A DNA stretch of 64,000 nucleotides from Macrostomum lignano (taxonomy: Eukaryota), in assembly GCA_002269645.1 (NCBI GenBank), contig NIVC01000109.1:483670-547669 (forward strand). The letters run 5' to 3'. Numbering within the stretch: the stretch's first letter is position 1; every line of letters starts with the position of its first letter. This document shows positions 52,516 through 64,000 of this stretch, piece after piece. The notes beneath the pieces were generated by a model. That model did no database searches. It worked only from the letters and a program-made list of their open reading frames with translations, and was not told where the DNA came from. A program made the position numbers and the translations under genes.

Positions 52516-54775
52516 ATGGCTTTCCAATTTGTAGAAGGAAGGCGTGGATCTCGGCTGCTACTATATGATAAACAGCTATATAAAATTAACAAAAGCTATA
52601 ATGGCAAGGAGTATTTTGTGTGCCGCTATACTACTTGTGCTGCCAAAGCACAACTAGAAGGTGGAATTGTAGTGACTAGTGGTCAGCACAACCATGGACC
52701 AGAGACTGATGAAAAATTAAATGTGATGTCTTTGAAGCAGAGGCTCTGCGATTCTGCCATCAGTCAACCATCAAAGCGGCTTCGCACATTGTTTGACGAA
52801 GTGTCTAGTGGAGATCTGGCTGAAAGTTCTGTTGGGTTTCCACAGGTAGAACTGTGCATGTGGCGCTCTAGACGCTCTGTGCAGCCAAGAATACCAACGT
52901 CAATCAATGAAGCCATTGAGTTGCTTGAAGCAGAAGGCCACTTGCAGCACTGTGGCAAAGATGGCAAGAAAGTATATAAAGGCAGCATCCAGGCAACCAA
53001 TGACCAGGCAGCGATTTTTTTTTGCTCATCCAGATCTACTAGTTGAGTTGGAAAGAGAGACGCGGGTCTTTATTGATGGAACATTCTATGTAGTTCCCCG
53101 ACCTTTCTATCAACTTGTCACCATTGGTGTGACCAAACAAGGCTACTTCTTCCCATGTCTGTTTGCCTTGCTAACAGGCAAGTCAAAGGCAACTTATCAT
53201 TTAGTTTGGACAAAGCTTCAGCAACTGTGCCCATTGTTCCAGCCACTGGAATTCATGGCCGACTTTGAGGTTGCATTGCGCGATTCATTTTCTGAGGCCT
53301 TTCCAGAAGCTACTATATCTGGTTGCTGGTTTCACTTCTCTCAGGCAATTTTAACAAAGCTTAAAAAGCTGGGCCTTTGGGCTGACATGCTGCGCAATGC
53401 TGACATCCGGCATTATGCCCGCCTGCTTATGTGCCTACCATTGCTCCCAGCTGTGAACATTGGCCCAACGCATGCAATCCTGCGGCCTGAAAACTTTATT
53501 GTCAATATTGCCGAACCGAAGATGCAACAGTTGCGCACTGCGCATGACTATATTCGCACCTATTGGATTGAAAAAGTGGGAGCGAATGTTATTTCTGTCT
53601 ACAGTAGTGATGATCGCACTAACAGCAAAATTGAATCCTATCATAGCCGTTGGAAGACATTTGTTCAGAGCCCACACCCAAACGTCTGGGACTTCATCGT
53701 CGCATTGTATGCGTCACCTACGCGCAGCGTCTGCTCGGCCTACTCTGCCGACCTGTCTAGACTCCTTAATGGCAAGCAAATCCGGCGTCTGCAGAAGCCA
53801 CCAAACTTGGCCAGGAGTGCTCAGATCCGACACCAGTACAATCTCTTGCGCACTGGCCAAAGTACTCCCATCGATGTTCTGCGCAGCCTTGCTCTCAATG
53901 CCATTGAAGGCCTGCCACTTGAAATGCAGGCTCCTGGCCAGCAGGAGGCCCAGGTAAATGGCCAGCCAGCCCCTGACGGCGATGAGCCAGTCCTCGTCGG
54001 TGAGCAAGGCATCGTTGGAGAGCCAAGCATTGGCGACGAGCCAGGACCAGGAGTCGGCGACGAGCCAAGCATTGGCGACGAGCCAGGCGTCGGCGACGAG
54101 CCAGGACCAGGAGTCGGCGACGAGCCAAGCATTGGCGACGAGCCAGGCGTCGGCGACGAGCCAGGACCAGGAGTCGGCGACGAGCCAGGCATTGGCGACG
54201 AGCCAGGCGTCGGCGTCGAGCCAGGACCAGGAGTCGGCGACGAGCCAGGACCAGGAGTCGGCGACGAGCCAGGCATTGGCGACGAGCCAGGCGTCGGCGA
54301 CGAGCCAGGACCAGGAGTCGGCGACGAGCCAAGCATTGGCGACGAGCCAGGCGTCGGCGACGAGCCAGGACCAGGAGTCGGCGACGAGCCAGGACCAGGA
54401 GTCGGCGACGAGCCAAGCATTGGCGACGAGCCAGGCGTCGGCGACGAGCCAGGACCAGGAGTCGGCGACAAGCCAGGCATTGGCGACGAGCCAGGCGTCG
54501 GCGACGAGCCAGGACCAGGAGTCGGCGACGAGCCAGGCGTCGGCGACGAGCCAAGCATCGGCGGCAATGGTGGCCAGCTGCACGTCGTTCGTGGAATTAG
54601 TCGTAACTGTCCGGTTTGCCTCGAAGTTACTGTTTCGGTTAAAGCCTTCTGCCCTTGTGGGCATGTTGTCTGCACTGGCTGTGCCGTGCACTTTGAATCT
54701 AGGCGTAGTGGCTTAGAGCTGAGGTGCCCAGTGTGTCGGGACGTAGCTATGATGCTAATGCCAATTTTTTTTTAG
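52516..54775 (+). CDS. FLYWCH + MULE DDE transposase + acidic repeat + C3HC4 RING finger (~752 aa after correcting one extra T)
   Basis: FLYWCH-like LLLYDKQLY...YFVCRYTTC...HNH; FIDGTF, FMADFE, GCWFHF, TNSKIESYH; RING CPVC...CPCGHVVCTGC...CPVC; frameshift in a T9 run at 53015-53023 joins ORFs 52516-53046 and 52907-54775. Confidence 0.88.
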
Positions 54776-55904
54776 CAATTTACTCGTTATTATTATCTTC
54801 CAGTAATTTTAGCTGCAGCCAGGAAATGGGCTAAAAGATCAAATAATTGGGTAAAAAATGTGTGGTGACCAGAACAGTGGATTGATTTAATTTTGGGCAA
54901 AGCTGTCAAACCGAGACTATTTCTATGCTCAAAATTCAAGAACAGTCTTGCATAACAGTAAGAGAAAGAAACTTGCGACTTTGAAAGAAAAGCTAGAGCG
55001 TTAGATATCCACCACAACGATGATATTTGCAACAGAGGGAACTTCAGGGTAGGAGATATAGCCATAGACTATATACTATAGTATGACAAGCTTTTTGGCT
55101 ACGTAAAACTGGTTACACCAACCAAAATCTATTACCTAGAGTGCAATTCGAGCTACAAAACCGCTGTCTTATTTTTGTATGTGCTCTCATTTTATCATCA
55201 ACTCTATTTAGCTCAATGTTTTAGATGCCATGTTTTGGCTTCAATTTTTATCGTTTTAAAAATCAAACCTTTTCTTCTTACTTTTGCGAAACCTTTTGGC
55301 TTTTGCGAAATGTTCACAATTGCATTTGCAATTTGCATTATATTAGCTTGTACTATACACTATAATATATTTTTGGTTTTTATGATACTTTCTAGTTAGA
55401 CAATCTAACAATAAATACTAAACGTGATATCGATAAATCAGTCGATAAATAGATAGATGCTTTGATAGATTGGTCAAGGTTAATACATAGACAGATATGA
55501 ATAGGTAGATTGATAGAGGTATTCTGCTTTGATTTTAGTATTATCACTTTAGCAACAATGAAGAATAAATATTAATATTAGATGGACAAATAAATTGGTA
55601 GATGAATAGGTACAATTAGACAGTTATACAGTATATATGAATCGATAGACAGGCTGTAATAATCATTTTGGCTAAAAAACTTACTTATTTGTCTATATAC
55701 CTAACAGTGTCTTACTGAGGTCTTTGCTTTAATGGTTGCCTTCAGTTGATTGAAAATATAAAACATGCCAAAATATTTTCTCTTGTTTTTGAAGTTTCTG
55801 GATATTGTGCTGATTTTTGTCTTAAGTCTTAATTGATTGAACCCTAAACTTTTAATTATATTATATAAAAATACATGCAAGAAAACGCATGCTATATACA
55901 TGTA

Positions 55905-56414
55905 CACTCAGCAACAGTCAAAACCGCCACCCTACCGAGAGAGGCGACTTCTCTCTCACCTCAACTGCAAGTGACGTAACTTGCGCCACAACGTGGCTAA
56001 AGCTGGGTGAGAGTGAATTCCAGGGTGAGAGTACAAAAGGGGCTGGGGTTGGGGGTGCAACAGTACACGTGACAATGGTCAGGCATATGACAGACTCTGA
56101 ACGATGGCGCACTGTTGGCAGGATAGTCCCAAGATACTGGTAGTGTTCAGCACGCAGCCATAGGCAGCCAGCGCCATGATCTCTGCGGCTCAACAGCCAG
56201 GGCAAATCGACGTCTGCTACGGATTGTCAGGCGAACTCCGACCGCGCCAGCCACCCTGCTCCGTCTAATGTGGGGTGAAAGAAGCAGATGGGGCATCTCC
56301 TGATTGCCCTCTCCTGCATTCACTCTCACCCAGCTTTAGCCACGCCGTGGCGCAAGTTACGTCACTTGCAGTTGAGGTGAGAGGTAGGGTGGCGGTTTTG
56401 ACTGTTGCTGAGTG
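55905..56414. mobile_element. TA-flanked MITE with ~125-bp TIRs, nested in the Mutator element
   Basis: TA|CACTCAGCAACAGTCAAAACCGCC ... GGCGGTTTTGACTGTTGCTGAGTG|TA. Confidence 0.8.
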
Positions 56415-56994
56415 TACATGTTTTTACTACAGCTAGGATATTGTACGAGCGTAATACGGCGAGTTGTTTGTAGTTTTTTACATAACAGGGGGGGGGGGGG
56501 TTTCAAACCTCCGGCCGGGCGTGGGTTTACAAACTCCAACTTTCACTACACTGCCAAACTTGATAGCAAACGCACTTAAGCGACTTGCAACTTTGTGAGG
56601 TACGCTGTACGCACCCCACACGCACAGGTGAATAGCTAAAAGCTGCACAGCTGAGCAGCTCCTACATAGTACATGGAACAAACCACCTTACTTTCTCTTA
56701 CTTATTAAGCGAATACAGATACAAAACGTATATTGTGTCAACAGTAAGTCAAGCGATTAAATTCCCTGCCGGTCAAATCCAAATTAAAGTCGGAAACCCA
56801 AATTTAAAGTTATCGATATTTGTATTTTATATATAGACTTGAAAGAATTTCTGATTTACATTTCCAGTATTGGAGAGGAGGCTAACATGCTTCAAAGTAT
56901 CAATAGCTTGGAGTTGTATTTCAATTTCGTAACGTATTTGAAATACTTGCTATAGTAGAGACACTGTTTATGAGAAAACAGCACTACTTTTGTC

Positions 56995-57875
56995 ATAGTG
57001 AGTTTCGATGTGAAATTTCGACCTTATGAAAGTGGCTGCTATTTGAGTTTCGATGTTGTGAAATTTCGACCTTATGAAAGTGGCTGCTATTTGAGTTTCG
57101 ATGTTGTGAAATTTCGACCTTATGAAAGTGGCTGCTATTTGAGTTTCGATGTTATGAAATTTCGACCTTATGAAAGTGGCTGCTATTTGAGTTTCGATGT
57201 TGTGAAATTTCGACCTTATGAAAGTGGCTGCTATTTGAGTTTCGATGTTGTGAAATTTCGACCTTATGAAAGTGGCTGCTATTTGAGTTTCGATGTTGTG
57301 AAATTTCGACCTTATGAAAGTGGCTGCTATTTGAGTTTCGATGTTGTGAAATTTCGACCTTATGAAAGTGGCTGCTATTTGAGTTTCGATGTTGTGAAAT
57401 TTCGACCTTATGAAAGTGGCTGCTATTTGAGTTTCGATGTTGTGAAATTTCGACCTTGTGAAATTTCGATCTTATGAAGTTTTCTGCTAGAGTTTTCGAT
57501 GTTGTGAAATTTCGACCTTGTGAAATTTCGACCTTATGAAAGTGGCTGCTTTTTGAGTTTTCGATGTTGTGAAATTTCGACCTTGTGAAATTTCGACCTT
57601 ATGAAGTTTTCTGCTAGAGTTTTCGATGTTGTGAAATTTCGACCTTATGAAAGTGGCTGCTATTTGAGTTTCGATGCTATGAAATTTCGACCTTGTGAAA
57701 TTTCGACCTTATGAAAGTGGCTGCTTTTCGAGTTTTCGATGTTGTGAAATTTCGACCTTGTGAAATTTCGACCTTATGAAGTCTTCTACTAGAGTTTTCG
57801 ATGTTGTGAAATTTCGACCTTGTGCAATAATTTGCTTTTTGACGTTGTGAAATTTCGACCTTGTGAAAGCACCCC
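56995..57875. repeat. Right Foldback-type TIR: ~9 perfect 48-bp units followed by mixed modules
   Basis: (gagtttcgatgttgtgaaatttcgaccttatgaaagtggctgctattt)n, reverse complement of the modules at 49575-50260. Confidence 0.92.
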
Positions 57876-58100
57876 CAGACAGACATTGCCTGACATTCTT
57901 CGGAGTACCCCAGCCAACAATATCAATGTTTGCCTCAAACCCTAATTTTACACGAATGTGCTCCATTTTATGTCTACCTCTATCCTACTAACTATTAACA
58001 ATTTCTGTTTGTGTATGGCCTTAGATTTCAGAATACATGCAAAAGTAGTTCCGGGTATTGGAATTCCCCGGGTTCAAAATCCGCGGGTTTCAACAGCTTG

Positions 58101-59870
58101 TCTCTACCTATAAAAATCAAAACTCTGTCTGTGTGTCTGTCTGTCTGTGTGTCTGTCTATCTGTGGACAATTTTGATCGCTATGGACTCCCAAACCGCTC
58201 AACCAAATGACACCAAACTTTACACCCACCCTAAACTTACTACGGGGATAAGAGAATAAATAGAAGATATCAGGAGAGACGAGGGGGTCGAGGGCAGAGC
58301 AGAGAATATGGGAGTCGGGAGGAAGAAGCGAGAGGAGGGAAGAGAGAAGGGAGATGGAATAGTAGAGATGAGAAGATGGAGAGAGAAGAGGGGAGAGATG
58401 AGACAGAGGATCAATGAGAGAGGAGAGTAGAGAAGAGTGAGAAGAGATAAGAGATGAGAGAACAGAGAGGCAGATGAGAGAGGATCGAGAGGAGAGGTTA
58501 GAAAGGATAGAAAAGAGAGGAGATAAGAGGGGGATAGAGGGGAGAGAGAGGAGTGAGAAGAGGAGATAAGAGATGAGAGAGGGAAGAGCGAGAAGATGAG
58601 ATAAGATATAAGAGATAAGAGAGAGAGAGAGAGTTGAGAAAGAAGAGAGGAGAAAGGAGAGATGATAGAATAAAGGGAAGAGGAGGAGAGAGGAAAGAGA
58701 TGAGATCGTGGAGATGAGAGAGATGAAAAAAAGATGATCGAGAGAGTAGAGATGAGAGATGAAGGAAGAGAGAGCAGAGTACAGAGACGAGAGAAGAGAA
58801 TAGAGGGGAGAGAGTATAGAAGAGGGAAGAGAGGAGAGGAGTAAGGAAAGAGGGGTGTCAGAAGAGGGGAAAGAGAAGAGTACACAGTAGAGAGGAGAGT
58901 AAAGATGACAGATGAGAGATGGGAGATGAGAGAGCAGAAACGAGAGTGAACAGACAAGAGATGGGAGAGTAGAGAGAAGAATAGAGATGAGAAATAAGAG
59001 ATGAGAGGTGCAGACAAGGGAGAGATGAGAAGTGAGTGAGGAGAGAGGGGGAAAGGGAGAGAATCGAGAGGACAGGGGAAATTGGTGAAAAGGACGAGAG
59101 AGGAGAGGAAAGAGGGGAGAGATTAGAGAGAAGAGAGAGAGGGGGGAGATAGCAGAGAGATGAGAGGAGAGAGAGGGGGGGAGAGGAGAGAGAAGATAAA
59201 AGAAGAGAAATGAGAGATAAGATAGCAAAGACGAGAGAGAAGGGAGGTGAGGGAAGAGACGATAGAAGACATGAGAGGAGAGAGTTGAGAGAAGAGAGGA
59301 AAAAGAAGAGAGTAGAGATAAAGAAAGTGTTAAGAGAGGGTATAGTAAGGAGTGAGAAGAGAGGTGAGGGAAGAGAGAGCAGAGAGCAGAGGGAAACGAG
59401 AAGAGATAAAAGAGGAGAAAGGAGATATGAGAGACCAGAGACCAGAGAGAAAAGAGAAGAGGAGAGAGAAAAGAATAGAGGGGAGAGGGAAGAGACGAGA
59501 GAAGAGACGAGAGAGGAGAGAGGACAGAGGAGAGAAGAAAGAAGAGATAAGAGGAGAGAGAGAGAAGAGACAAGAGAGAAGAAAACAGACAGAAAAGAAG
59601 ATAGAAGTTTCAAAGGATGCAAAGGACATATGGAGAGGCAGAGGTAGAGGCCAGAGTTTGCCTGACATTCTGCGTAGCACCCCAGCCAACAATAGCAATG
59701 TTTGCCTCAAATCCTAATTTTACATGAATGTACACTATTTTATGTTTAACTCTAATCCTAACTATTAACAAGTTTTTGTTTGAGTTTGACCTCAGATTTT
59801 AGAATACATGCAAAAAAATTCCGGGGAATGGAGTTCCCCGGGTTCAAAATCCGCGGGTTTCAACAGCTTG
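58101..59870 (+). mobile_element. Non-autonomous Helitron-like element, copy 3 (internally deleted)
   Basis: TCTCTAC start abutting copy 2; ~150 bp of shared 5' sequence, GA-rich interior, shared 3' end with hairpin and CTTG|T flank. Confidence 0.75.
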
Positions 59871-60560
59871 TTAACTAATAAAAATGAGTGCACTAACCAA
59901 TAAAACCTTCCAAACCCATTGCACCTTTTATCCAACAATTAAATATAATATCTTTATTATTCAGCTTATCTTTCACTGCATAACAATAGGGGCTTATATA
60001 ATGAATTAGCTTTAATGAATAGTCAGTTATATTTCAAACATTCTTTTTTCATAAAATATCTCAAATAATTTTATAGGTTAACAAAATTTTATATAGCCTA
60101 CTAGCATAGTCTTTCAATCTCTTTTTTAGTTTCTAATTTCAACTAGAAAAAAGCCAGCCAATGGCCAAAATTACAACAATATCAAAAATAATATCAAAGA
60201 TAGATCCAAATTATAAGTAATCATTTTAATAATTCAATTTTTAAAGAAATCAATAAATTAAATTTGAATTATTGGCAAGCAAATGCTAAGTAGGTTTGCT
60301 TTAAAATCAAAAAAATATTTGAAAAATTAAATATTTTCTTATAAATTTACATTTAAGTCTAAATTAAAATTAAAATTTTTAATTTTTAAATGCTAGGCCT
60401 ACTTATACTTGCCTGCTATTTACACAAAAATAATTTGATTTTTGTCTAGAATTTCAATAAAAGAAAACTACTGTACTGAAAGATGGTAAACAGCATAATT
60501 TCTATTGAAATATTTGATGAAGCTAATAAATATAACAATGAGACCAGATAACAAACTTAC

Positions 60561-60606
60561 CAAGAAAAACAGACAAGCTTAATGATGGTATCAATTGGTC
60601 CTCCAT
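60561..60606 (-). CDS. Speculative first coding exon (MEDQLIPSLSLSVFL) of the stalk-like gene
   Basis: ATG, 46 nt, GTAAGT donor, phase 1 matching the acceptor at 41226; CpG-rich stretch at ~60950-61060 upstream. No homology support. Confidence 0.25.
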
Positions 60607-63149
60607 CAGCTCTCATTAACTATGGTTGACTTCGCCTTGGGTTATAATAGAGGGATGAGTATTATCTTTTGCCACTTACAGTACAGTTTTATGCAGTGAA
60701 GCTGTAATTCGTACATTTTACATTTTCAACATGTTACAATTACAAGCTGCACATTTTGGTTATATAACTTAAAAATCGAAATCTCGACCTGCGAAAAAGC
60801 GAAAAAGGTACGCTGAATCGAAACTTAGATAACGAGAACTGCTTACATGTGTGGCCAGAAGTTTTTATTTTGTTTTTAATTATTTGCTAAGTTATTCCTG
60901 GTAAACCTAAGGCAAAGAGTTTGTTTCTTAAAATTTTGTTTTATTTGGTTAGCGCGAGAAAACCTCGTGCGCGACTCCGAACTCTTCGTACGACTCCCGA
61001 TCGTACACGTCACAATCTTTGTCGACGATATTAAACGAGTTCGGGCAATGAGAAAACTTTAGAAAGAAAAATTATAACCCCCTTTTCCTACTGAACCTTT
61101 CTACTAAAAACAGGGATGTCTTCGTGGGTCCAAGTCTAGACCAGTACTATATTACACCGTTCTGTAATTGTGTACATGTACATGTAGAGGAAGGCTGCGT
61201 ACATAGCTGAATTATATCATAGCTCAAATCATATCTGAATGTTAGTAGGCGACAGATTAAATACAAGGACCACTGTTGAATAACTAATACGGTAATTGTT
61301 TTATACTATAGTGGAGCTTTAATTTACCAAGTCCAATTTAATGGTACGAGCGTATTTCGAGTGGCGGCTACAAAATGCATTTTCAAATGCAGGGAGAGAA
61401 TAGTAATATAATACTACTACTACTAATAATAAGAATTTTTGTAGACCGTGTCTACTGCGGAAGAAAGATTGATCGGCTCCGAAAGAGCCCGTTGCTTTTA
61501 TATATATTTAGCAAATAACAAAGACCCTCGAGGGTCTCATACATGTACGCAAATAAAAATGGGCAAAGGGAAAGGGAAGGAACGAACAAGCAAGCAAAGG
61601 GTGACGCATCGAAACAAAGAACATTCCTACCCCACTTCCCCTCAACCCCTCTCACACAACACAACTACACTGTACGTCATCACAAGAATTGATTACACCT
61701 GCTCCAATAAATTAGCAGGTTAATTGCAACCGACAGCTCAGCCGCTGACAGACAACAAGGAGTCTGTCTTCCCGTGAGAGCTCGTGCCGCAGCCCGTGTA
61801 GGCTGCATGTATCGGTGTGGCTGTCGAGTTGCCACCGCCCAGTGAAAAAATGATATGGATTCCATGTGGATTTTTCATATGAAATCCATATGTGCATTTG
61901 TCTCCGTCCATCCATGTGGAATCAAGATATGGATTCCACATCGAAGATCCACATGGAAGTAATTATGTATTTCACATAGAATCCACATTGTCATTGAATA
62001 GCAGCCATTATACTGGTTGCCATAATAAATTGTTGCATCTTAAATCTCAAAATAATACCAGATCTCAAAATTTCATACAAACCCCAGATCTCAATACCAT
62101 ATAAAAAAACTGAAACAGAGATAAAAACACTAAAGCCAAAAAATATTTCTGCACAAAAATATATTCAAAAAGGATGTCTCAATAAGTAAGGTGTATTTAT
62201 GTACAGTAGTAAGTCACTGGCACACAAAGAATAAACACACTGATGTAGATATTGATACCTTTAGAGTTGCATATATGATATAATATATAGTTTGAAACTG
62301 ACATTGTCAATAGCATTAATTGACAATATTATAATGCACCAGAATTAGAACACTCAGAAACAAGCTGCTGCCAATTGCCAGAATGCTGCTTCTTCAGGTC
62401 AGGTGAGAAACCTTAGAAAAGAAATGAGTTAAATTACAGAATTTTATTAGTATCTGTGGATAACAGATAAATGTACATTTTGATGACAGAAAAAATCAGT
62501 TTGTAACTAAAACTTACCACTGCTTTACAAAAGGTAGCATTCTGGATATTAAATTCAAATTCCAAGTAGCTTTGCATGCTTCTTCAAAGGCAAGACCAAG
62601 GTGACACCCAAGTTTCAGGATAAGCCACGTGATGTTAGGCATGCATGAAACAAAAAAATAGTTGTTGCCAATTAAGATTGATAGATTATATTAGTAGACT
62701 TTTAAGGATGAATACTTAATAAAGACTATTTCAAAAGTAATAAGGCCTAAGTCAATAAATAGAAATACCAATAAAATAATGAGTACGGAAATTATTATTA
62801 TATATGTTTATACTATAGACTTAATTTTTTTATTTTAAAATTGGTTCTAGACCATATAGTTTTTAGGCAAAACAATGCAAGTTCCATTTATTTGCTAGTA
62901 TGATAAAACATTCCGTCATTAGGCCTAAGTCTAAATAGGCATTATGCCCCATGGCTATTAAATTCTAGACTTGGCCTAGCCCTACATCTGATCAAATTTA
63001 CAATAATCATTATTTATTCATAATAACAACCTTAGCTGCTAGGCTAGTTATGCCAAAAGTAAGTTGCAAGTATAATTGCAAAGAATTTATTTATTAGATC
63101 TAATAACATTGTTTTAAAAAATGCAACAAATCTAAAAGATGCTAATAGG

Positions 63150-63367
63150 CAGGGTTTTTTTTGTGCGCAGAGTGTGCGTAGGCCCTATGCACCTTAAATT
63201 TTAAAATTGCACCCTGAAATTAAAAGGTGCGGTCTTGTCTATGTCTATACAATCCCAGTTGTCTGAAACAAGACTCAAGAGAAATTACACTCTGAGCCTT
63301 AAAATTGCACCTTGAAATTTGGCACAAGGTGCAATTTTGCACTTTGTCTCTGGCGAAAAAAACCCAG
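63150..63367. mobile_element. hAT-type MITE, 218 bp
   Basis: TIR cagggttttt / aaaaacccag; flanks ctaatagg and ctaacagg (7/8 TSD match). Confidence 0.65.
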
Positions 63368-64000
63368 CTAACAGGCTTTCTTGCAGAAAATCATAATTTA
63401 ATAGATTTAACTGAATAGCTAGATTGACTACTCAATTCACAAAGTCAAGCTAGTCCTAACCTTAATTAAAATAGAAAGACATAACTTGATAGTTATGGCT
63501 TAAAATAGGCCTAATAAGCATACATATAAACAGATAGGTAGGACTAAGAGGAAATTATGAGCTTCTGTAGGCCTATTGAAGTTAAAAATGAGTATCTAAA
63601 CTATGGGCATGGCCATGGGATTCCTAGAAATTGGATAAATAATTTTATCATGGATTTTACCAGAAGTAGGCCTATCTATGAAAAAATACTGATTTATCTA
63701 ATTTATAATCCCATGGAGGCCATGGCCATATAAGTATTGCCTATAGGTTAGGCCTACTAAAATTTATAAGGTGCTTAAATAGCCATAAACAAGGCAATTT
63801 ATCTTTCAAGGCCTTGAACCAAGACATTGACGTATAAAAATAAAATAAATTCAATTTTAAAAAGCACGAAACATTTTTCACTGTCCACTTCTATTTTGTC
63901 TATTTTAACAAACAGCGTCTAATTTTTCGATTTTAATTTAGCTTAAAGTTATTAAGTTTTACTTAAAAGCACATAAATATAATAATTAATAAAATTAATT

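Larger units (their letters stand above)
49575..57875 (+). mobile_element. Mutator-like (Phantom-type) DNA transposon with Foldback-like modular TIRs, ~8.3 kb
   Basis: G-rich termini; long TIRs built of tandem modules (~49575-50260 and ~56995-57875); direct repeat CAGACAGA on both sides (49567-49574, 57876-57883), and Helitron copy 1 shows the empty site; encodes a FLYWCH-MULE transposase. Confidence 0.88.
47088..58100 (+). mobile_element. Non-autonomous Helitron-like element, copy 2 (interrupted by a Mutator element)
   Basis: Starts TCTCTAC directly after the CTTG of copy 1; 47088-48340 is colinear with 41424-42600; same 3' hairpin and CTTG end at 58100. Confidence 0.75.

Noticed and set aside
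53714-54716. Alternative-frame repeat ORFs (WLVAD, PTPGSS, ARRRR, ATSQ)
   Set aside because: Other frames of the GDEP minisatellite; only the frame joining MULE to RING has domain support.
56998-57477. 16-aa repeat protein SFDVVKFRPYESGCYL
   Set aside because: Translation of the 48-bp TIR modules of the Mutator element.
61855-63730. Short palindromic clusters at ~61855-61985 and ~63605-63730
   Set aside because: Probably decayed MITE remnants; ends and TSDs could not be defined.

Overview
Eukaryotic (animal, intron-rich, repeat-rich) genomic DNA; no prokaryotic features and no CRISPR. An invertebrate such as a free-living flatworm is plausible but cannot be established from sequence alone. 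(1) 1-6884 (+): 3' part of an RNF213/mysterin-like giant AAA+ ATPase gene in one long exon (end of AAA3, AAA4-6, E3-module region, C-terminal domain), with no RING and only a degenerate RZ-finger-like motif. (2) 10724-18700 (+): two tandem five-exon genes, each 388 aa, encoding RING-like Zn finger - ubiquitin-like domain - TerD-like domain, most of their introns carrying unrelated tandem repeats. (3) about 21950-41226 (-): a multi-exon gene or tandem genes made of an A+B exon pair repeated three times (the third decayed) that resembles the RNF213 N-terminal stalk and stops before the ATPase ring. (4) Mobile DNA: an integrase-deleted Gypsy element with identical LTRs, a truncated RTE-like LINE, several 8-bp-TSD MITEs, and an 18.4-kb head-to-tail trimer of non-autonomous Helitron-like elements. 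The trimer contains a SPIN/GTF2IRD2-like hAT element and a Foldback-TIR Mutator (Phantom-like) element whose transposase is fused to a C-terminal RING finger. The best candidate for an undescribed system is the RNF213-like / RING-Ubl-TerD / stalk-only cluster, a possible ubiquitin-based cell-autonomous immunity locus (inference). All family assignments come from motif recognition, not database searches.
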